Assembly (NCBI GenBank): GCA_003344405.1
Contig: NOWV01000271.1
Coordinates: forward strand, 54,246 to 74,245
Source of the DNA: Trichoplax sp. H2
Taxonomy: Eukaryota
Direction of reading: 5' to 3'
Length of the DNA stretch: 20,000 nucleotides
Part shown: positions 11,514 through 20,000 of the stretch, one piece after another
Layout: every line of letters begins with the position of its first letter
How positions within the stretch are numbered: the first letter of the stretch is position 1
Notes under the pieces: model-generated
Seen by the model: the letters and a program-made list of their open reading frames with translations, nothing else
Told to the model about the DNA's origin: nothing
Databases searched by the model: none
Position numbers and translations under genes: made by a program

Positions 11514-14500
11514 TATTCAGATAGAGTAGATATCGCTCCTTGATACACGGTTCAAGGAATTGATTTATTGATCGTACATCATGTTATCGTGTTGCAAAGC
11601 TGTTTTGCAACAGTCCTATCACGAAACATTTTTACGATAATCTACAATTTACCATAAGTAAGTTACAATCACAGTGATTTGAATCGAGAAAAGATTTAGA
11701 TATTATAGCGTGTAACACTGTTACAGCAATAAATATACAAAACAGACATTGCAATATAACGAGACTATTTTTAATTGCTATATTATTACTTTTATATATG
11801 TTACGGACTAAAATTTCTGTAAGTACAGTGGCACAATGAGAAAAAATACTTTCTCTTCTATCACTGCTACTGCTACACCGCTACGCCGACAATAAAGACT
11901 AGAACCAGTCTAGGATAAGTCACCTAGGCAATCTACTATAAAGGAACTACGCTTCTTTTGGCGATCCCTAGCCAACTGCAGTAGTTAGTGTAACAAACAA
12001 AAAACTCGGAGGAATCACTAAAAATGCTTTACTCATCATTGTGCGATCTTAAATAGATTTTAAATATTATGAGAACTGCGACCACATGCAGAGTTATCAT
12101 TTTAGTAACTTTTCTAATAATGGATGCCAACGCATCCAAAATGTATCATTCAGGATCTGTTAAAAATCTGGGCTAGTCCTGTTGATTAGAACACTTATAT
12201 CACATGAATTACTATTGCAATTTAAATTAATTTTGTATTAAATATCCATATTTGATATTTAACTTATAATTAGCAATATTGCGAAATAAATTATGCCATC
12301 GCCTGCGAACAATTCAAATACTGTCGACAGACTATTTTAATTCTTAACAAGTTCAAACATAATCAACGCTCAATTGACTATAGTCTCTATTAAAAATTTC
12401 CTATGAAATCGAATATGAATTAATGTTTCTAAAAATTAAACCTTGATTAGCATTTACGGTATTGTACTACCTTGAAAATATATTAATTTTATACATGTTA
12501 TTGAAGTTTTAAATTTTACCTGTTATTATCATCTCAATTCATCATCTTTTAAGTAATACTAGTTATGTTTGGATTAATGCGACAAAGTAGGAGTAATGAT
12601 AAAATTAATGCAGTTAATTGATGTTATAATACTCTGAGTCCAGCTAAAGAAATCATGTTTGAGGGAATAGAATTGAAATCCATATTTTTATAGTTTTCTT
12701 TTTTTGGGATGTTATTAATTAAGAAATAAGCTTGTATAAGATATTGTTTGAAATTTTCTATGGTTTAGAGTTAAGAGATCATCTTTTAGCTTTGTGAATA
12801 GTAATATATTGGTCATAAAAAGAATAAAGGTTAAATATTTCTAAAACGATATATATATATTTCATTACCGGTACTTTTTCTAAAAAAAATAAGACGTTAT
12901 GGAGCTATTTATTGTTCACTGAACGATTTGTATTTCTTAATGAATAGGCATCAATTATACCTTCTTTCTTGTCTTTGTAATAAACTAGATTGAATTTAAT
13001 TGTAGGTGATACTAACTGAAGCCTGGCACGTAATTTTATTTCTATTTGGTATCGCAAATAAAATCTGGACTAATGATTATCGTGGAGGTTGCATCAATTG
13101 CATGCTTTCTTTATTTATTTTAAACTCTAGTCGTAAACTTTAAATATTTTCAATGAAATCTATTTAGTTATTTATCATTTAGTGATTAAAGTCAAGGATA
13201 AGTAAATGTGGTTCATGAAAAGTAATTGTCCATTATTTCCTATTTGATTAAATTTAGGAAAGAAATAGAAATACTCTTAGCTAGCTGAGCGTAATATCAT
13301 GATTTTATACATTATTTTAATATATCATAATGTATTTACCTATGCATTTTGTTGAAATTTTCGGAAGATTAATTGCGAATTAGCAACTCACGATCTTTAA
13401 TGATTAACCGATACCCGTTGGCTTTAGTTTCTGTCAGATTTAATTATCACTATATATTTCCAGTTTGTGCCAATTTGAGTATGATGAGAAACGCAATGAT
13501 AGGCTACATTATTTATGGCTACATCAGTTAGTCTTTGATAGTTATAGTAGATTCCTTACTGTATTTGTAACTATGCATGAATATTAGTGTGTGCCAATGT
13601 ATCAAATAATGTATCGACAGCTTAATAGACCGTTACGGTGCATGCGAAGCTCCATAAATGTTTAGTACTTTCCAGATGCTAATTGACTGAAGCTGTATAT
13701 AATTAATTAATTCTATATTGCTAGAAAACAACTCATGATTGTAATTTACTACTTTCATTATTTATATCTGTGTTAATTGACCATGCTTAATTGTGCCGAA
13801 CGCTACTTTATTATTGTTAATATAAATTTCTAAGATGGAGAAAATTGTTGACACTCAAGGTTATGAGCTAATATCGTGTTGAATGCCAAGTACTAATTAG
13901 TTCTTAATTGATTCATAACTAATTTCAAATTCATTAAGATTTTTTACATTCTATTTCATACTGAGACCTTATAGGCATCACTTATACTATAGTAGATTGA
14001 TTCTATGCTAAAGTTTATCTGGTATGCACCAGGATACTTTTACGAGAGTATAAAAGGAGCCGCTGTTACGTGCTAAGAGGTTCTGAGTAGTCAGTCAGTC
14101 ATGAATGTTCTTCCGATCTGATCTAGTGTCACTGACTTGAGTTTATATCAGCCTTAGTTATCAAGGTCTTTACTGTGTTTGATAAAGCTTTATTATCACT
14201 TAAGCCAGCTAAGGTGTGCTACTTAGATTGTCGTTAAGGTTAAACTACGGTATTCAGTATTACATTAGGCTAGTCAATACGTTAGCTGGTGCTCTAGAGT
14301 AAGATCTCGTGTTACAATCTAAACCAGCTTATGACTGCAACATATACATTATAGTTATCGCATTTAAAATTTGTGAATTTTAAAGTATACGGTAAGTATT
14401 CATTAGCGCTAGGCAAAATATTTTAATACTACACTACCTGATTTATAAACGAAAATTTGATTCGATGATTTAACTTGTTAGCGTAAGTTTAATTTATTTT

Positions 14501-15596
14501 ATCAGCTGCGGTCTTCTTGTATGAAATTTAGAATAGATTATGAAACGTAACTTCAAGGGATCACAAATTAAAAATGCATTCTTTGCATTCTACAAATCAA
14601 ATTATATAATTTGAGGGGAATTAATATTGCATGATGGATAGTAGGAAATTTTAAGATATCTATTAAATGCAATATAAGCGTTAAGATACTAAGTATATCA
14701 ATTTGGCATTTGGTAATTGCGTAAACCGGCTTAATGTCACCGGAAGGTCCGTTAATGTACGTCTGTATAGTATATCACATGTAGGTTATTTTGAATGGCT
14801 AATTTCTATCAAAACTTCCTGATGGACAAGAATGACTGATAATTTAATTTATCAGACAGTAATCCCATATCTACAATCATTCATCCGCGGCCATTGTGAT
14901 AGAAAGATACTCTATACTACCGGTCCCTCATCATATCGTTTGGATTTAGCGTTGCTAAGTATATTTACTAATTAATCTGTGAAGATACGATTACTTTTTG
15001 CCATGCGAAATTCTTGCGGACGTTTTCTGTACAACAGTATTAATTAATCATTGCGAACGTTATAAAATAATTATATTATGGAAGCCATGCTAAAAGGGGA
15101 TATTTATTGAAATTTCTTATTTTGTAGATGTATCATTAAGGATTCTGAAGTTTCAGTCTCGTTCTTTCAAAATAAAGATACCTAAATAGTATAATTGCAA
15201 TCATATACCATATACTATCATATATTAAATGAGTAACAATGAAGCACAGTAATAAATTAATTAAAAAACTATCCTTGTACTGTTCACGATATATTAGATA
15301 TTACTTTAAAGCTTAAAGGTTTAATATAACGACAAAAAATAATTTATAAGATTACTATTTCTGTTAGTTTGTAGCAAAAATACTATGTTGTAATTTATTG
15401 CTAGTATTTTAGGCATGAATTTTTGAGGTATCTATTAACTATCTAGCATTAATGTCAGGTTTATATTGCGTGCATTACTTAAGCCAGAAAAGAAGATTAT
15501 ATATTAGTATATAGTAGCATCTTGTATAAGTTATGTTAAATTGTCCTCATAGAATTTAAGCTCCTTTAAAGTCGAATAATGATAATTTATCAATGT

Positions 15597-15782
15597 TAGC
15601 CACCGACGAAAGGTATTTAAGCTCGGCAGATCATTGAATAAAATCAGTTCTCTAGCTTTGTAACGAAGAAGCAAAGGCATCTAAGGTCTTGTGAGTAGAT
15701 AAGAAATACTGAATCCGAAAACTTCGGAAATTTAGAGATTTGCTTTTACGTAAACTTTGTCGCAAAACTAGTTTGTGACAAT
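15597..15782 (-). repeat. Dispersed ~190-bp repeat, copy B (inverted relative to 6363-6550)
   Basis: Reverse complement aligns collinearly to 6363-6550 with substitutions and small indels. Confidence 0.9.
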
Positions 15783-17447
15783 CATATGCAATCAGTATTT
15801 TCAAACAATGTCAAGTTATAATATCGACTGAATATGAGGCAAGTCTTCTCATCGAAAATTACTTCGTAATATTAGATACCAGTAATTTAATTTAGCCATA
15901 ATTTTGTGTGTAGCAGTACGACAGCTTTATGTATTTATTTCAGCTAAGCATATCTCGAAAACAATTAACATTTACGATTTGCCCACAATTCATTGTGCAA
16001 TCTCTGATGATTTCAGTTGACTTTACGTCTTAAGAGCAGGTGTAGCTCCTGCCTATTTGTTGCTCAGCCGCGCTATATTAGATTAAATTAGGAATCGATT
16101 GTCGCAGAAGTATTAGGTTTATTAAGTAATGATGGGAAAGCATATTTTATGACTACTCTGAAACCCAGGTAATTATAATTGATACCAACTTATATTATGG
16201 GCAAACGCCACTTTATTTCAATTTACGCAACATTTCTATAATAGTGCTAAATTTTTACAAGTGAGGACTACATGATAAAATCCTGTAGATACTTATAGTA
16301 AGGTAGAATAGGTTAGTCGTATAAGTTTACCTGGTATGTTAAAAGAAATAACTAACTGGCCTAAATTGCTATTATGATAGTATATAAAAGCTCAGCATGA
16401 GTGCACTACTTGTTACCGTTCAGTATATTTGACGTATTGTATGAGAACTACGCCTTTGCGGATGCGGGAAATTCTCAAGGTACTCCAACTAATGTACTAA
16501 TTGGACTGCTTCTACTGAAATGATCAATACCTGACCGATATCTGTTAGTCCTGGGTTACTCTTTATTTGAGACTAAGTAATGATCCACAACGACGTTGAA
16601 TATTATTTGACCTTGCGGTCTAACTGAGATAATACAGATCCTGATGAATCTTACTACTGAACGTGACTAAATCGAACAGCGTACACGATGGCGCTTAAAC
16701 TTCTCAAACAATTATAATTACTTATAATTTACGATAACTGGCAATTACTAACTGCAATCCTGATGAGTTGACTGACTAGAGTCGAATCACTAAAACAAAA
16801 ACCAGCAGCTGTACCGTTGTGCAAGTCTTTAAATATTATGAATACCGATGTACTGGATTACTACGCGCTAGCGCGGTATGACTAACTATCACAAACCGAT
16901 CCGAACTGTATTCGGTCAAAATTATAACACTACTAATAAATAGGAAAAGCTGTTAGAATATTTTTTTAAGTTAAAGTATCTTTTAAGTAGTGATAAACCC
17001 AAATATTTAACACGAAGCAGTACTAGTACAGCTATTTTAGAGTGATATGTTAGACTTAAATTACTTTACGCTATCGTTTTGCTAATGCAATTATTTTAGA
17101 CTATAGTATTAGTAAACAATCTAGGATTTAAGCATATACGCTTATAGCGCCTTTGCAAGCCAGCTTTACAGCAAGAATAACGAAGAAACAAAACCTTGTT
17201 TATCGCATTTTGGTGAGTTGCTTGCAGTATCATTTAGCATATAATAAGTCTTGTAGTAACTTAGATGCTTCTACCTTCAAGTAAAACGAAATTAGAGAAC
17301 TAATTTTATCTCTCAATATTTGCAGTTATACAGTCTCCTGTTATAGCTGTAAGTGAGAGTATCAGTTGTCTTCCCATAAATCTGAAGCCAAATTTACACT
17401 TCGAAACTTAATTTATAAAGAAGTACTTTTTCCTTTCATCAGTAACC

Positions 17448-17453
17448 TTTATT
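17448..17453 (-). promoter_or_regulatory. Candidate polyadenylation signal of the LGR gene
   Basis: AATAAA on the minus strand (plus-strand tttatt) 15 nt after the stop codon. This hexamer is frequent by chance in AT-rich DNA. Confidence 0.3.
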
Positions 17454-17468
17454 CTAATAATGTTAATT

Positions 17469-18576
17469 CTATGCAGTTAATTTCTGGCCATTCGAACGAG
17501 GAAAAGTATCTTTTAGTTCGCTTACGCCGCTAGTACGCAGTGGTGTTTGGTCGTCGCTGCGAGGTTCAATCCTACCTAAATAGGTGTAGTTATGGATACG
17601 ACGTTGAATTAATTTAATGATACGGGGACTGGTTAACGTGTACAGATAGGGATTAATAGCTGAATTAATAGGCAATGCTAGTATGACTGCAAATTGTAAT
17701 ACAATAACACCAGATGATGTTGGACTGATTAGAAGCTGAATAGTGTAGAAATAATAAGGAAGCCAAGATACCAAATCAGTTACAATGATCGCAAATAATC
17801 GAATAGCAATTCGCTTTTCACTATCAGATGCAGTAGATACAGTAGCTTTAGCAGTCTTGTGAATTGCTATAAACATATGAGCATATAAGCTGCATGTGAT
17901 TAGCCAGGATACTAAGGTAATGGAAACGTAAACAATAATCCATAAGCGATAGTAATAATTCTTAACGTTGCTTGCCATGCAAATGCTAGTGTATCGATAC
18001 AATCTGTGGTTGCCATCTGTCTTCAGACCGTATGCAGTTGGTATGCAAACAAATATCAAGCAAAATAACCACGAAATCACCATAAGAACTTTGGCATAGT
18101 AAGGCGATAGTTTAACAGTGGAATAAGGAAATGCAATATAGATATACCTATCAATGCTAATAATAAACATCATTAACACTGACATTAAGCTAGCAAAACA
18201 GCATAAAAAGCAAGCTATACCACATGTTATACTTCTTAGCCAAGTTTCTGCATTATATGCATAATGATCGTGATATATTATGTCTGCAATACCGATGATT
18301 AGCATGTAAATAGACATTATTAGATCTGACACTGCCAAATTGGTAATCAACAGCATTGGAACAGGTTCACTTTCGTTAGTAACTTTAAAAAACTGAATGT
18401 AGATAACCATTAAATTTCCAATAAAGGCAAGACATCCAATTACCCAGACAAATAACTTGAGAGAATAATGAGATAAAATATCTGAGCATGTTGTAAATGC
18501 ATCTTGTTCAATATATGGCTTGCAGTATCCAACTGTAGCTGGAACGATGCAACATAGATATTCTCTAGTGGATGTT
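17469..18576 (-). CDS. Terminal exon of an LRR-containing rhodopsin-family GPCR (LGR type C, RXFP/GRL101-like): hinge + 7TM + C-tail
   Basis: The frame stays open upstream of the track ATG (18410): (I)TSTREYLCCIVPATVGYCKPYIEQDAFTTCSDILSHYSLKLFVWVIGCLAFIGNL-MVIYI..., up to an AG acceptor (plus-strand ct at 18577-18578). Motifs: LGR hinge YLCC..C.P...D.F..C.D.L, TM1 GN, TM2 NLAVSDLIM, TM3 SIDRY, ECL2 SICM, TM6 TDLVSWLP, TM7 PINSAINPYLY. TAG stop at 17469-17471. Confidence 0.95.
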
Positions 18577-18772
18577 CTATGTTATACATGTATCGTTGAA
18601 GCGCGATGTCATAAAAAGTTTAATAATAGTTTAGGGTTAAAGTATCAGTTATTAAGAATTAGAGACTGACTTAGGAATAGACAATTGTAATACTGATACT
18701 TATTTTTAATACAATTTTTAATAGAGACTTCTTTGGAATAACAATTTAATTTTAGATTCCTGTTATACTTAC

Positions 18773-18844
18773 ATTTCTTTTAGTTCCGGGGTTAAATAAA
18801 AGGAAGAAGCAGTGATCTGAACTAATGGATTATCTACTAGAGAT
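18773..18844 (-). CDS. 72-nt leucine-rich-repeat exon of the LGR gene
   Basis: Flanked by a ttttaattag acceptor and a gtaagt donor on the minus strand. Encodes (L)SLVDNPLVQITASSFYLTPELKE(I), one 24-aa LRR. The split codon AT+A=Ile joins in frame to the terminal exon across a 196-nt intron (18577-18772). Confidence 0.93.
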
Positions 18845-19435
18845 CTAATTAAAATAAGAGTAATGAGAAATAAGCAATTATAGTCGATCTTTTCGATGAT
18901 ACATTATCATATTGACGTAATTAGATAATAGTTATTTTAAAGAAAAGAATTTAAGAAACGACATAAACACATGTGATACTCTGCCTTTAGTTGAGTACTT
19001 TTTATTTTATATGCAGGTAAAATGTTTCGATTTTACTTCTGTTCCAAACTTATATTTTAATGACGAAAATGTTAAGCTATTTTAGAAACTGCATACTATG
19101 AGTCTACTATCAGGATAGTCCTCCCTGACATTAACCTACAGTAGGATTCTAAATATTGACGATTTCCTATCATCAGGAGGAACAGTAACAAAACAGTAGT
19201 TTGTCTCAGACATAACTGAGCCTAAACTTTATTGAAAAGTAAGTCAATTTATTGAAAATTTTACGTAAACATTAATTATTAGTTTATAGATAAATATTAA
19301 AAATATATGCAGTTATCTAATAAAAACATGTAAAGCATCAAAGATAACCGTTTGTAAATATATTCCTAAATAAATGATCTAATGAAATCTATGTTACGAT
19401 AGCTACTCAAAAATTACTCCGTAACAACTACTTAC

Positions 19436-19507
19436 AAAGTTTTCAATTTTGTAAAGGTTTTAAAACACCTGTTGGCGAGGATTCTGACATCATTATTATC
19501 TAGTAGT
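19436..19507 (-). CDS. 72-nt leucine-rich-repeat exon of the LGR gene
   Basis: Flanked by a tttaattctag acceptor and a gtaagt donor on the minus strand. Encodes LLDNNDVRILANRCFKTFTKLKT(L), matching the LRR pattern LxLxxNxIxxLxxxxFxxxxxLxxL. The split codon TT+A=Leu joins in frame to the next exon across a 591-nt intron (18845-19435). Confidence 0.93.
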
Positions 19508-19799
19508 CTAGAATTAAATATGTAACATAGTACAAATAAATATCGATATTTATGTACAGTAATGGCAAATTAGGTTTTTAGTCGTCTAAGATAGGTATAA
19601 ATGTTAAGGAAGATGCTAATTGTAGTGTTTACTTCTAAATACGGTATAGTCTATTTTTAGTAAAAGTCGATTTCCACTAGATTGTAGCATAACTCTAAAT
19701 ATGTATAATTTATATTTAACAAAATACTCTGTGGAAATCGCTTTGAATCTAGCTGAATTATATCGTAGCCCTGTCTTAACATAGAAGTAACATATTCTT

Positions 19800-19849
19800 N
19801 NNNNNNNNNNNNNNNNNNNNNNNNNNNNNNNNNNNNNNNNNNNNNNNNN
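19800..19849. other. Assembly gap (50 N)
   Basis: Run of N characters. Confidence 1.
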
Positions 19850-19854
19850 ATTAA

Positions 19855-19990
19855 CTATGACTCATGAACTATTGAGGAATAGTATATAAATGCAGTATAT
19901 TGTGAAATAAAGAAGAATTGTCCAACTTAGTGTTTAACGTAAAATACGAGGCGTTTAAGTCTTTGTGTAGTCTGCTAGTAGAGCAAAAGT
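19855..19990 (+). repeat. Dispersed ~140-bp direct repeat, copy B (next to the assembly gap, probably intronic in the LGR gene)
   Basis: Collinear match to 11375-11513; the distal ~60 bp differ at only three positions by eye. Confidence 0.92.
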
Positions 19991-20000
19991 GTTTGTGATA

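Noticed and set aside
9514..11913. 13-bp exact repeat AGAACCAGTCTAG at 9514 and 11901
   Set aside because: Too short, with little flanking similarity, to separate from chance.
19320..19380. Possible extra LGR exon (IIYLGIYLQTVIFDALHVF on the minus strand)
   Set aside because: No LRR Asn pattern and no suitable GT donor at 72 nt; the flanking exons already join in frame.
1..20000. CRISPR array, tRNA/rRNA or prokaryotic operon
   Set aside because: No regularly spaced identical repeats, no cloverleaf or rRNA-like sequence, very low coding density and spliceosomal introns.

Overview
AT-rich eukaryotic (metazoan-type) genomic DNA with spliceosomal introns and a 50-N assembly gap at 19800-19849. 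The gene type and compact introns would fit a basal metazoan such as the placozoan Trichoplax, but that is inference only. The one well-supported gene is the 3' part of a minus-strand leucine-rich-repeat GPCR (LGR, type C / RXFP-GRL101-like). It has two 72-nt LRR exons (19436-19507, 18773-18844) and a terminal hinge+7TM exon (17469-18576) that extends 55 codons beyond the ORF-track start; its 5' end lies beyond the gap or window edge. The remaining ~17 kb has no credible intact gene and looks like decayed mobile DNA. It contains a fossil hAT transposase (~7050-8260), a fossil L1/Tx1-like non-LTR ORF2 (~2246-4350), two dispersed repeat pairs (one inverted, one direct), Helitron-end-like hairpins, solo-LTR-like segments and a cluster of degenerate hammerhead-like CTGATGA motifs. 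All TE calls come from reading motifs by eye across stops and frameshifts and need database confirmation. I found no clearly demonstrable novel system; the best leads are in the findings.
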